Source: Candidatus Babeliales bacterium | GTDB lineage: Bacteria; Babelota; Babeliae; Babelales; JANWKD01 | Assembly (NCBI GenBank): GCA_963722075.1 | Contig: CAVRJM010000001.1 | Location: forward strand, 576,001 to 640,000 | Reading direction: 5' to 3' | Length of the DNA stretch: 64,000 nucleotides | In this document: piece after piece, positions 10,697-20,300 of the stretch | Numbering within the stretch: the stretch's first letter is position 1 | Layout: each line of letters begins with the position of its first letter | The notes under the pieces: generated by a model | What the model was told of the DNA's origin: nothing | The model's input: the letters and a program-made list of their open reading frames with translations, nothing else | The model's database searches: none | Translations under genes and position numbers: made by a program

Positions 10697-10938
10697 TTAT
10701 TTTCTTTCAAGATATAAAACATTTTCAAAATAATTTTTGAGAATATTCACATGAGGATTAAATAGTTCTTTTGGTAAATTAGAAACTGAAAAAAATTTCC
10801 ATTCATAACAAAAGTGCGGTTCCCTATTTTGTATTTCCCCTAAAAAGCTTTCAAGCAAATTTTTCTTTTTCCTAATAAAATAGCATCGTCTTTTATTAAG
10901 AAAATTTCACAGCCAACGTTAATATTTTTAATGTTCAT
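10697..10938 (-). pseudogene. Internally deleted paralog of the Nudix gene at 15022..15441
   Basis: Reads MNIKNINVGCEIFLIKDDAILLGKRK, then out of frame LLESFLGEIQNREPHFCYEWKFFSVSNLPKELFNPHVNILKNYFENVLYLERK*; 242 nt versus 420 nt. Confidence 0.9.
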
Positions 10939-11036
10939 AACTGATCTTTCTATTTCTTCTATTTTTTCTATCCATAACCCTTTTCTTGTTAAGTTTGAGT
11001 TTATATCAAATAAGCCTAATTCACCCTATTCTTTTT

Positions 11037-11065
11037 TTGACTTTTATATTCTTTTTATTTACAAT
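11037..11065 (+). promoter_or_regulatory. Sigma70-type promoter of the tRNA cluster
   Basis: TTGACT-17 bp-TACAAT, 23 nt upstream of tRNA-Val. Confidence 0.7.
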
Positions 11066-11088
11066 TTCATCTGTCCACTTAATAAGTG

Positions 11089-11164
11089 GGGCGGTTAGCT
11101 CAGTTGGTAGAGCATCAGTCTTACAAACTGGGGGTCACTGGTTCGAATCCAGTACCGCCCACCA
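11089..11164 (+). tRNA. tRNA-Val(TAC)
   Basis: GGGCGGT/ACCGCCC acceptor stem, loop CTTACAA, GTTCGAATC T-loop, encoded CCA. Confidence 0.97.
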
Positions 11165-11216
11165 GTCTTCGTTTATCCGGGCCTTCCGGCTCGGCAAACT
11201 ACGCCTGGCGCGGCCA
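11162..11216 (+). repeat. REP-like palindrome fused to the tRNA-Val 3' end
   Basis: CCAGTCTTCGTTT-ATCCGGGCC-TTCC-GGCTCGGC-AAACTACGCCTGG-CGCGGCCA. Confidence 0.7.
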
Positions 11217-11259
11217 ATTTCTTAAATGATTGAAATTAATAATAAAAGAATAGCGAAAT

Positions 11260-11317
11260 GCCAAGGCTATGCCTGGGCAGACCAGCCACGCCATAGCTCG
11301 CAGAGCGGCGGCGAGCC
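11260..11317 (+). repeat. REP-like GC-rich elements between tRNA-Val and tRNA-Asn
   Basis: GCCAAGGCT and CGCCATAGCT-n5-AGCGGCGGC both recur at 43606-43691. Confidence 0.6.
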
Positions 11318-11327
11318 AAAAATGTAT

Positions 11328-11402
11328 TCCTCGGTAGCTCAGTGGTAGAGCACACGACTGTTAATCGTTAGGTCGCTGGTTCGAATCCAGCCCGAGGAGC
11401 CA
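11328..11402 (+). tRNA. tRNA-Asn(GTT)
   Basis: TCCTCGG/CCGAGGA acceptor stem, loop CTGTTAA, CCA. Confidence 0.97.
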
Positions 11403-11428
11403 GTCATTTCCTTCAGAAATGCCTGGCA
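11399..11428 (+). repeat. 30-bp tRNA-3' hairpin, copy 1
   Basis: GCCAGTCATTTCCTTCAGAAATGCCTGGCA, identical to 11561-11590. Confidence 0.9.
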
Positions 11429-11487
11429 AGCCATTAAATGATTATAAAATTTTCACTCCGTTTGACACCTCGTCAAAGCGGATGTTG

Positions 11488-11564
11488 GGAGCTGTAGCTC
11501 AGTTGGTTAGAGCGTCCGCCTGTCACGCGGAAGGTCGTGGGTTCGAGTCCCATCAGCTCCGCCA
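11488..11564 (+). tRNA. tRNA-Asp(GTC)
   Basis: GGAGCTG/CAGCTCC acceptor stem, loop CTGTCAC, CCA. Confidence 0.97.
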
Positions 11565-11590
11565 GTCATTTCCTTCAGAAATGCCTGGCA
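11561..11590 (+). repeat. 30-bp tRNA-3' hairpin, copy 2
   Basis: Identical to 11399-11428. Confidence 0.9.
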
Positions 11591-11684
11591 GGCCAGTCTC
11601 TTAATAAGCACGAAATTTTTTCTCTCCATTTATAATGAAGCCTATTATAGGTGCTCAAATAACTGATTATATTCACGCCCAAAG

Positions 11685-12473
11685 TCATTCATGGAATAAA
11701 TAGTGTAAATACTGCTCTGGATTATCTAAAAACTGTTTTGTAATTTGATAATGTTGGGAGTCCTGATAACTAATAGTTTTCAGGACTTCTGAATCGCATG
11801 AATAAATAGTAGCCTGGGGAAATGCCAATAGTAGTGGAGAATGAGTAGCAATAATAAACTGTGCATTATAAGAATTTTTGCACATTTCATGGATAATAAG
11901 CATAAGGGTAAGTTGCTTTTGTGGTGAAAGGGCAGCCTCGGGTTCATCAAGTATAAAAAAACCAGCATTACCAAGCCTGTTTTGAAAGAAGGAAAGAAAA
12001 CTTTCTCCATGTGATTGCTCATGCAGTGATTTCCCACCGTATGATGCATATGCCTGCCAGTCAGTTTGAGCAAGTACATCAATATAATTCGCAACGTTAA
12101 AAAAGCTTTCCGCTTTAAAAAAATACCCATTTTGTGGCTTTTTGCGCCATGATAGCGTAAACCGTTCAGAAAATTTTTCAATTGGAGTATAGAATTTCTC
12201 GTCAGCCGTTCTAAAACTAATATTTTTGCTGCCACCTTCAAAGCCAAAACCTGCTTTTAATGCAAGAGCTTCTAAAATAGTTGATTTACCGGTGCCATTT
12301 TCTCCAACAAAAAAAGTTACCGCAGTAAAAAAATTAATTTCGTGAAGATTTTTAATAATAGATAAAGAAAATGGATAACTATTTTGGTCGATATCATCAG
12401 GTATAGTAACTTTTACTTTATCCAACAACGGACCATCTAGAGAGGTACTATATTTTTTTGAGAATTTGCGCAT
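11685..12473 (-). CDS. Predicted ABC/AAA ATPase (COG3910-like)
   Basis: GENGTGKS Walker A, SHGESF, ILDEPEAALS Walker B, IIATHSP. Confidence 0.85.
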   Translation of the reverse strand: MRKFSKKYSTSLDGPLLDKVKVTIPDDIDQNSYPFSLSIIKNLHEINFFTAVTFFVGENGTGKSTILEALALKAGFGFEGGSKNISFRTADEKFYTPIEKFSERFTLSWRKKPQNGYFFKAESFFNVANYIDVLAQTDWQAYASYGGKSLHEQSHGESFLSFFQNRLGNAGFFILDEPEAALSPQKQLTLMLIIHEMCKNSYNAQFIIATHSPLLLAFPQATIYSCDSEVLKTISYQDSQHYQITKQFLDNPEQYLHYLFHE

Positions 12474-12525
12474 AGTTAAAGTATATCATAAAAATCACAT
12501 CCGATGAAGGATTTTTTGAGACCAT

Positions 12526-13976
12526 TGTTAGTGCAAAGTGATAAATTCCTCTTATAGCGCAAAGTAAAAAGTTCCGGTTTTTAGGGTAAACTTAATCTTG
12601 AAGAAAAAAAGAATAAACCCTAAAAATACACCGGAACTTATATGGAATATATTACCATGAATAAGAAAGAACGAGAACAGGCAAAAGTGTTTGCTCAGGT
12701 TAAAGAAGGAAAGCTGACAAAGGCAGAGGCAGCGGAACGCCTGAGGTTTACCAGGCGCTGGGTAAGGGAAAAATATACAAGATACTGCCAGTTAGATGAC
12801 TTTGGCTTAGTACATGGCAATAGAGGAAAGGCAAGCCCGAATAGGTGGGATCAAGAGGAGAGGCAACTGTTAATAACCTTGTTGGAAGGCGATTGGCAAG
12901 GCTTTGGACCAACCTTTGCAGCTGAAAAGCTTAATGAGTTACATGGGATACAGGTAAGCCGAGAAGTTGTTAGAAAGGCTATGATCGAAGAGGGTTTATG
13001 GCATTCCAGAAAACGAAGTGGTAAACATCGTAAACGACGAGAAAGAAAACTAATGTTTGGCATGATGATTCAGCTTGATGGGTCACCACATGACTGGTTT
13101 GAAGGTCGTGCTCCAGAATGTACGCTACTTGTTTTCATTGACGATGCTACCAGCCGTATTCTTTGGCTTGAATTTGCTCCATCTGAATCAGTATTTGCTT
13201 TAATGGCGGCAACTAAAAATTACATTGAGAAATATGGAATCCCTCAAACTTTTTACGTAGACCATGGATCTGTTTTTCATGTTAATTTGAATAATAAAGA
13301 TGATATTAAAAAGACTCAATGGGAGCGTGCTTGCGAATCTATAGACATTGAGATTGAACATGCCCATAGCCCTCAGGCAAAAGGACGTGTTGAACGATGC
13401 AATCAAACCATGCAAGATCGCCTTATTAAAGAGATGAGGCTTGCTGGCATATCATCAATAACTGCTGCAAATAATTATCTAAGAGCGAGTAACTTTATCA
13501 CCAAGCATAATGCTGCATTCCAAGTCCCTCCAACTCAACAAGGCAATGCACATGCTGATGCTCAATCTTATGACTTAGCCGATGTATTCAGCATGCAAGA
13601 GACTCGCATTCTTATGAACGATTTTACTATTACTTACCACAATCGCATTTTTCAATTGACTCCGCATCAGAAAACAATTCTACGCCCAAAGGATATTATT
13701 GTTGTTAAGGTGCATTTAGATGGAGAAATTAAACTGTGGATTAGAAAAACAGCGCTTGCTTTTAGTGAAATTTATCAACGAGTAACCCCACAAGTTCAGG
13801 AGAAAAAAATAGTAGATTACAAACCAAGAAAGCCTTCACAGAGCAGTCAACGTTGGGTAAGCGGTTTACCCCCTCGCGAGAGTAGGGTGAAGCCGGCTGC
13901 GCCGGCCGTGGAGGCGCTTTAATGAGAGGAACTTTTTACTTTGCAAAATAGTGGAATTTTTCACGTTGCTTTGACA
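12526..13976 (+). mobile_element. IS1202-like (ISNCY) insertion sequence with 17-bp target-site duplication
   Basis: TGT...ACA termini; each imperfect ~50-bp IR has two GCAAAGT(G/A)AnAA(A/G)TTCC-like sites; GGATTTTTTGAGACCAT at 12509-12525 and 13977-13993. Confidence 0.92.
12642..13922 (+). CDS. ISNCY/IS1202-family DDE transposase
   Basis: N-terminal HTH, IQLDGSPHDWFE, IDDATS, YVDHGS, PQAKGRVER. Confidence 0.92.
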   Translation: MEYITMNKKEREQAKVFAQVKEGKLTKAEAAERLRFTRRWVREKYTRYCQLDDFGLVHGNRGKASPNRWDQEERQLLITLLEGDWQGFGPTFAAEKLNELHGIQVSREVVRKAMIEEGLWHSRKRSGKHRKRRERKLMFGMMIQLDGSPHDWFEGRAPECTLLVFIDDATSRILWLEFAPSESVFALMAATKNYIEKYGIPQTFYVDHGSVFHVNLNNKDDIKKTQWERACESIDIEIEHAHSPQAKGRVERCNQTMQDRLIKEMRLAGISSITAANNYLRASNFITKHNAAFQVPPTQQGNAHADAQSYDLADVFSMQETRILMNDFTITYHNRIFQLTPHQKTILRPKDIIVVKVHLDGEIKLWIRKTALAFSEIYQRVTPQVQEKKIVDYKPRKPSQSSQRWVSGLPPRESRVKPAAPAVEAL

Positions 13977-14149
13977 GGATTTTTTGAGACCATGAAAATA
14001 ATTAATGAATATACCGTAAATTTTTTTGATGCTCATTTAAAATAAGCTCAGTTCAATTATTTTACCATCGAATTTGCGTTAATCATTGATTGTTTGTCCA
14101 ATAAATTGTACGCTTGAATTGTATATATTGTACCGTGATGGGAATAAAA

Positions 14150-14459
14150 ATGAGAAAAAAATATATATTCTATAAAACGGATGAATATCAAGAATGGCTG
14201 GATAATGAAACAGCTAAATCACAGGTACAGATTGCCGATCGCTTATCTAAAATAGAGATGTATGACCATTGGGGAGATCATAAGCCTCTGGATGAAGATA
14301 AGGATGTCTGGGAGCTAAAAATGGGTCAATGGAAGAAGGCTATACTATGCCTATCTTGAAGAATTAGATATATTATTATTGCTGGGAGGAAATAAAAATG
14401 GTCAAAATAAAGACATCACAAAAGCAAAAAAAATCCTTAGAAAATATACAGAAACGTAA
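14150..14459 (+). pseudogene. RelE/ParE-like (HI1419-type) toxin, frameshifted
   Basis: Removing one A from the A5 run at 14317-14321 gives ...WELKWVNGRRLYYAYLEELDILLLLGGNKNGQNKDITKAKKIL*, the typical LLLGGxK..Q..DI..A tail. Confidence 0.85.
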
Positions 14460-14745
14460 AATAAAGAAAGGTGTAGTATTAATACCCTACAGCCCCCACA
14501 AAGAAATTACTGATGAAGATTTTATAGGAAAAGCATTGTTAGAATGCTTAAAAAACAATGATCCTGAAGGGGTCATGGAAGTTATCTCTGTTTATTTGAA
14601 TGCTATTGAGAAAACGAGTTTTGCCAAAGAAGCCAATGTTCCTAAATCAACACTTTATTATGGTTTAAAGGGAAAAAACCCAACCATCAAAACTTTAGCA
14701 AAAATTATTCATGCAACAACACTTCAATCTACTACTAAAAGATAA
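14398..14745 (+). CDS. HTH antitoxin (HI1420-type addiction module antidote)
   Basis: FAKEANVPKSTLYYGLKGKNPTIKTLAKII HTH; overlaps the toxin 3' end. Confidence 0.8.
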   Translation: MVKIKTSQKQKKSLENIQKRKIKKGVVLIPYSPHKEITDEDFIGKALLECLKNNDPEGVMEVISVYLNAIEKTSFAKEANVPKSTLYYGLKGKNPTIKTLAKIIHATTLQSTTKR

Positions 14746-14901
14746 CAATGCTGCTCACTCTGATTTTAGTACACAATTCCACGCTCGCCCCAAAGGTAAA
14801 TCCACCAATTTGAATGTTTTTTCTTCCAAATACATTTGGTATCGCTTAAATGATTTTTGTTCAAATGCATATTCACCAAAGATACCTAATAAAGAAAAAA
14901 T

Positions 14902-15008
14902 GCATTAGATTTAGGCGCCGGAGCAGGTAAGATACCGCATTTCTGTTCAAAAATGGTTGGCATGTTTGGGCAAATGACGTAGAATGTTTCGAACCTATAC
15001 TAGCTTAG
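14902..15008 (+). pseudogene. Class I SAM-dependent methyltransferase remnant
   Basis: ALDLGAGAG(K), then one frameshift later DTAFLFKNGWHVWANDVE. Confidence 0.65.
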
Positions 15009-15021
15009 AAAACTCAAAAAT

Positions 15022-15441
15022 ATGAACATTACCACTATTAAAGTCGGCTGTGAAATTTTCTTAATAAAAGACAACACAATTTTATTGGGAAAAAGAAAAA
15101 ATTGTTATGGTGAAGGCACATGGGCACTTCCTGGAGGACACTTAGAACAAGGTGAATCTATTAGGGAATGCGTAATTAGAGAACTAAAAGAAGAATTAGG
15201 TATAGAAGCGATAGAGTTTAGATTAGTTAGTGTAGCAGATTATATTAATGAGCGCGGTCATTATGTTCACATTTCTTTTTTGCTTGAAAATTTTTTAGGC
15301 GAAATACAAAATATGGAACCATATTATTGTTATGAGTGGAAATTTTTTTCGCTTTCTAATTTACCAAAAGATCTGTTTAACCCTCATATAAATATTCTCA
15401 AAAACTATTTTGAAAACATTTTATATCTCGAAAGAAAATGA
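15022..15441 (+). CDS. Nudix hydrolase
   Basis: Nudix box GGHLEQGESIRECVIRELKEELG. Confidence 0.92.
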   Translation: MNITTIKVGCEIFLIKDNTILLGKRKNCYGEGTWALPGGHLEQGESIRECVIRELKEELGIEAIEFRLVSVADYINERGHYVHISFLLENFLGEIQNMEPYYCYEWKFFSLSNLPKDLFNPHINILKNYFENILYLERK

Positions 15442-15445
15442 TTTC

Positions 15446-15601
15446 ATGAATAAAATATGTGCAGAATATTTAAAACCAGGTGATCATATTCGTGTAATTG
15501 CACCCAGCCTTTCTATGACAATCTTATCTGAAGAAACAATAAAGAATGCTATGGAGCGTTTTCAGCAAATGGGATTAAGATTTCATTTTGCTAAAAAATA
15601 A
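15446..15601 (+). pseudogene. Truncated S66 LD-carboxypeptidase (MccF-like) N-terminus
   Basis: LKPGDHIRVIAPS...AMERFQQMGLRFHF, stops after 51 aa. Confidence 0.75.
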
Positions 15602-15614
15602 CATGGCTCATTTT

Positions 15615-16853
15615 TTATTTTAAATCCCATGGTACTGCTATAATATCTTCTGCAATTCGATAACATTCATCGCCAGCATAAATGACTATTCCTGGCGCTA
15701 TCTTTAGATGGGGATAAGTTTCTCTGAATGCGGTAATTCCACGCACTTCATTTTTACTGACAGTAGTTGCTGATTTTATTTCAATGGGATAAAAGATTCC
15801 GTCAATTTCTACCAGAATATCAACTTCAGCTCCTGCCAAGGTTCGCCAATGATAAAAATTGGGGATTAGTGGTAATGAAGAGCAAAAAGCTTTAATCATA
15901 TTAAAACAGTAAGATTCAAAAAATGCTCCTTGCAGGGGACTTACCGCAAGAGCGTCTGGTGATGAAATGCGTTGTTGATAGCATGCGAGGCCCGTGTCGA
16001 AAATTATACCTTTTGGTTTTGCTGAAAGGCGTTTAATGCTATTCATGTGAAAGGGTTGCAACTCAGTCCATTGATAGGTATACGTGAGTAATTTAAGCCA
16101 TCGTTGGGCTGTTTTGGGTGTAATACCCAGCTCCCTTCCCAGTTGAGAGTAATTTATTTCTTGAGAAGATAATGCTGAAAGCAATCCTAAAAATTGTCCG
16201 AATGTTGCAAGATCTTCGATGTTTTCTAATGTTCTTATATCTCGTTCGACATAGGTTTGTATATAGGATGAAAAATAAAAGGGCAATGCACTATTTGGGA
16301 TATCAATGATCCCGGGCATGCCTCCGCGCCAAATAGCTTCTAAGCGTGATGGCATGTTTTTGAGCTTCTCCAGAGAATTTTTAAAGAAATTGTCTGGATT
16401 TTTTAAATAGTTCAAAAACCAATTTTTATCCTTATCAAATTCATCGTACATCTCATGGGGAGTCATTGGGTTTATAGGTATGATTACAACTCTGCCAGCA
16501 AGACTTTCGGATACATTCTTAAGAATTGATAGCTGCTGAGACCCCGTTAGGTAATATTGACCTGGTTTATCAGAAAGATCAACAAAGCGTTTTAAGGAGG
16601 GTAACAACTCAGGTACAAATTGAATTTCATCCAATATCAAGGGAGTGCCAAAATCCTTTAAGAAGAGGTCTGGATTTTTGCGGACATTGTAAAGATCTTG
16701 AATGGGATCAAATACAAATATCTTGGTTGAAGGGAAAAGATGGGAAAGTAACGAACTTTTACCTACCTGCCGGGCTCCCACTAAGAATATAATTTTGTAT
16801 ATTTTTGATAACTCTGTAATCAGGGATTCGTAAATTCTTTTTTTATAATTCAT
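15615..16853 (-). CDS. AAA_14 ATPase with DUF4143 domain
   Basis: GARQVGKS, LDEIQ, LTGS, GGMP, TYVERDI, DTGL, EVD..EIK. Confidence 0.88.
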   Translation of the reverse strand: MNYKKRIYESLITELSKIYKIIFLVGARQVGKSSLLSHLFPSTKIFVFDPIQDLYNVRKNPDLFLKDFGTPLILDEIQFVPELLPSLKRFVDLSDKPGQYYLTGSQQLSILKNVSESLAGRVVIIPINPMTPHEMYDEFDKDKNWFLNYLKNPDNFFKNSLEKLKNMPSRLEAIWRGGMPGIIDIPNSALPFYFSSYIQTYVERDIRTLENIEDLATFGQFLGLLSALSSQEINYSQLGRELGITPKTAQRWLKLLTYTYQWTELQPFHMNSIKRLSAKPKGIIFDTGLACYQQRISSPDALAVSPLQGAFFESYCFNMIKAFCSSLPLIPNFYHWRTLAGAEVDILVEIDGIFYPIEIKSATTVSKNEVRGITAFRETYPHLKIAPGIVIYAGDECYRIAEDIIAVPWDLK

Positions 16854-17104
16854 TGTTTTTCTATTTTTATCTTGTAATTTAATTATCATATTACCATTTT
16901 ACTAGGCAATTGAGCAATAATTTTCGTGGGATTAGGCAGATAGTCTAATCTCGTTTCGTCTTTTTTTTAAATTAAAATATTTAAAAGCCAATCTTCGATA
17001 GACTCCTAGCTAACTGGAGTGTTGCAATTAACTCTGATAGAGTAAGTGACATATTTCAGAGCAAACAATAAAATGGTGCACCAGTGATACGAGAAGGAAC
17101 AATT

Positions 17105-17200
17105 ATGGCAATCTCTAACGAGGTTATTGAAGAAGTAAAAAAAAGACTTATCGAGGTATACGATCCCCTTAAAATTTATCTTTTTGGATCATATGCATGA
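17105..17200 (+). pseudogene. Minimal nucleotidyltransferase (MNT) 5' fragment
   Basis: MAISNEVIEEVKKRLIEVYDPLKIYLFGSYA*; the DxD motif does not follow. Confidence 0.7.
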
Positions 17201-17379
17201 TTCTCTCGCAACCGGCTTATCACAAATCTTCCTGCTTGAGCTTGTAAAAAATTTTTGTCTTTTTGTCTATTAATAATTATTAATACCTTATATACTGTAT
17301 CTGTTTTTATTTGTATCCTGACAAAAGTTGGTAGTATATGGCGTGTTATAGTTTCTAAACTTTAAAGTCGATACACACA

Positions 17380-20300
17380 ATGAAACACAGATCAAAACTC
17401 TTACTCTTTATTTTTCTTTCATTTTATTTTCCCCTCTTTACTATGCAAAATAAGCCCGACAAAGATTTGTACTTAAGCCAATTACAAACGCAGGTAAAAC
17501 CGGCATTTGGCTTGGACAGATTATATGAACCTGGGTTTATCAGCCCCAAAAAAGAATTAAAAGATAAAAAAAAGCAAGAAGATCCGTCTCAACTTGATCT
17601 TCTTGAAAGTAACCCTTTCCAGAGTTTAGGATACCAAAACAAAGCAGTTGGCGAGACCTTAGAACTTTTTGAAAATTTCAGCGACGGAGTCTCATCACAT
17701 AATGAATCGTCTTTTGATGCCTTTATTAGCGGGCTAGCACAGGTAAGTGCAAATATTGTTATTACTGGAGCAATAGGCTACTACGCAAGCGCAGCGCTTG
17801 GGGCATGCTCAGAAGCCAAATATCTTAAAGAAAAATTTGATGAATTAGATAGTAATAATGTCTCTAGCCCGGCTGCAAATGTTCTAAGCGTTATGCAGAC
17901 TGGTTGCACCGTTCAAGAAAATTTTGATAATATTGGAATAATTCTTCAAGCAGCAGAAAAACTCGATCAACAAAAAAGAAAAGTTATTAAATCGCATGAA
18001 AAAAAGCTCATGCAGTTTGCAACACTCATAAGAGAAGGCATTAAAAATTCATCCTATGATCTTCACCAAAGCTATTATGGCGGCTTGACCTATCCTGTAT
18101 ATACACAACATCAAAGAGAAAAAATCTCTAACATCCCAGAATTTGATCTAGAAAAATCTCACCAAGAATATTGGGCTCAGCATGAACGAGGTCTACGACG
18201 ATTCCAAGAAGAAAAAAAAGCTGCAAAACAAAAACCACAAAAAACCACTGCCAATAAAAGTAGTAATAGCAATAGCATAGCAGCAACCGACACCACGCAG
18301 GCTCGTGAAGAGCGTGCTAAAATTTTTGTAGAACAACAAAAAAAATTAGACACATTGCTCAAAGAATTCAAGTCAGAAATGGAATATCAAGAAGCAATGA
18401 GCACCATTGCCGGTGGATTTAACGGAGTTGCTGCAATAGCTTCTATTTTTGGAAACAAGAAAGAAGCGTATGCTATTGCAACATTCGCTACAGCCGGCAT
18501 TCAGGCTGTTGATAGTATGCGCACTATTGCGCAAGCAGGTTTAACAGGAGCAGGCATTCATCCCTATGTCGGCATACTTATGTCAGTTGCAAGCATGGTT
18601 AGTCTCTTTCAAGAAGATGATGCTCAAGATGGCACACAAGCAATTCTTGATGCAATTGCACACGGCATTATGCATTTATCACAACAAATACATCAATTTC
18701 AAGAAGAAGTGCGCGAACAGTTTGCAGAAGTGCATAAAAAATTGGACAAACATCATTTGATCGTGCTTGAAAAATTCTTTGCGCTACATCAAGATCAAGA
18801 GAATATTCTTCAGCATTTAAAAGATCTTCACACTTATATAGCAGATAATCACAGAGCGATTCAAAGTGGCATTGATGCATTGCATGCACGCGTTGATACC
18901 AATTTCAGAATGACTCTTGATAACTTGAATGGTTTTCGCATAGAAAATATCGATAAATTAAGAGAACGTTCATTGCTCATTTTAAAGCGTACTGATGTTT
19001 CACCGGAAGAATTTAGCAGATGCTTAGATGAACTTTATATTGAAGGAACAAGCGGAGCATCAGCCGATGCATTAACGGGCGGATCAGTTGATATTCATTC
19101 CCCTGCTGCAATTCAAACGGTACTTGAAAGATCATCTTCACTGCATAATATTTTTGAACATCCGGCATTTGCCAACATCAATTTACTCAGTAGATTTCTT
19201 TACCATGAAAAACTCGTAAACCCCTTAATTTGGATTAAATGTGTGGATACGATTATGCAAATGCTTGATCAAAAACTTAAGCCTGATGAAGAATATCCAC
19301 CAACAGAAAACATGAAAGATTTGGATATTAAAAAATTGCTGCTTCTCAAAAAGCATGGTAAAAAAGTACGCGCATTTATAAAAAGAGTTGGCCAAAAAAA
19401 ATATCTAGAACATATGGCGCAAACCTATGAGCAAGGATTACAAGAACTTTCAGAAGCAGTTCAGCATGTGCAAACAAATTTTGAAGAAAAAGAAACGCAA
19501 TTGCTGCGCAGAGAACATACTGCTTTTTTTGAAGCAGAAAGATCAAAAACACAAAGAATTGCAAGTTCGTATGAATGTAAAAAATGCGTTGAACATGTTA
19601 CATACTTTACTCAACCGACAAATAGATATAAGATACTGTACCAACGATCCGATCCTTTCTGGTTATATTATCGAGAACAAAAAGACCCCCCACATTCCCG
19701 GCGTGCTCCGCCTCTTTTACCAGAATGCAATGAAGTTCATATGTTAAGCACCGGCGAAAAGAAACCTACTGATGTTTTAAATCCAACCGAAAAACTTAAA
19801 CAAATTTGCCAAGAACATACACACTTTATGGAAGCGCAAAAGGATTTGTTACTTAGATCAATAGCATTGGATCTTACGCACAATGCTTGTAATGCGATAG
19901 GTAATGGAAGAAGTCAATGGTTATATCCTGAAAATGACGCTACTACTATTCCAATTCTTCTGTTGCCAAAACAAAATCTTCCTCTTAATTCCATCTATAT
20001 TACTGCCGAAAATAAAGGAAAGGGGACGATAACGCATGAATATACTACCACAGGAAATGTCTTTCATTTACAGTCGTATTTTACGATTAAGCACAATAAT
20101 CAAAAAGTAAAAATTTTAGATATGTTTAAGCCATATACTTCAGAGCAAGAATACTCTTCAATTGAAAACATACTTCATTATTGGTATGGAGGTCGTTTTG
20201 CAAAAGCTCCTGATCTCTTTAAAATACAACGAAATAATATGACGTCTTGGCACTTCTTTCCTTTTCCTCCCATAACCCCCTATCCAGCCGAACGCGATAC

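Noticed and set aside
11456..11482. Hairpin CCGTTTGAC-ACCTC-GTCAAAGCGG before tRNA-Asp as a separate ncRNA
   Set aside because: Single short stem with no second copy; most likely part of the tRNA precursor spacer.
11399..11590. 30-bp direct repeat as a CRISPR array or prophage att pair
   Set aside because: Only two adjacent copies, separated by a tRNA gene; no cas or integrase genes. Better explained as tRNA-trailer hairpins.
10986..11604. ORFs 10986..11225 and 11419..11604
   Set aside because: They overlap tRNA genes and are spurious. The same applies to 57497..57694.
17198..17200. TGA at a position where Trp or another residue is expected in the MNT fragment, as evidence of stop-codon recoding
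   Set aside because: The downstream sequence does not continue the MNT motif, TGA ends several intact genes here, and long ORFs are open under code 11.
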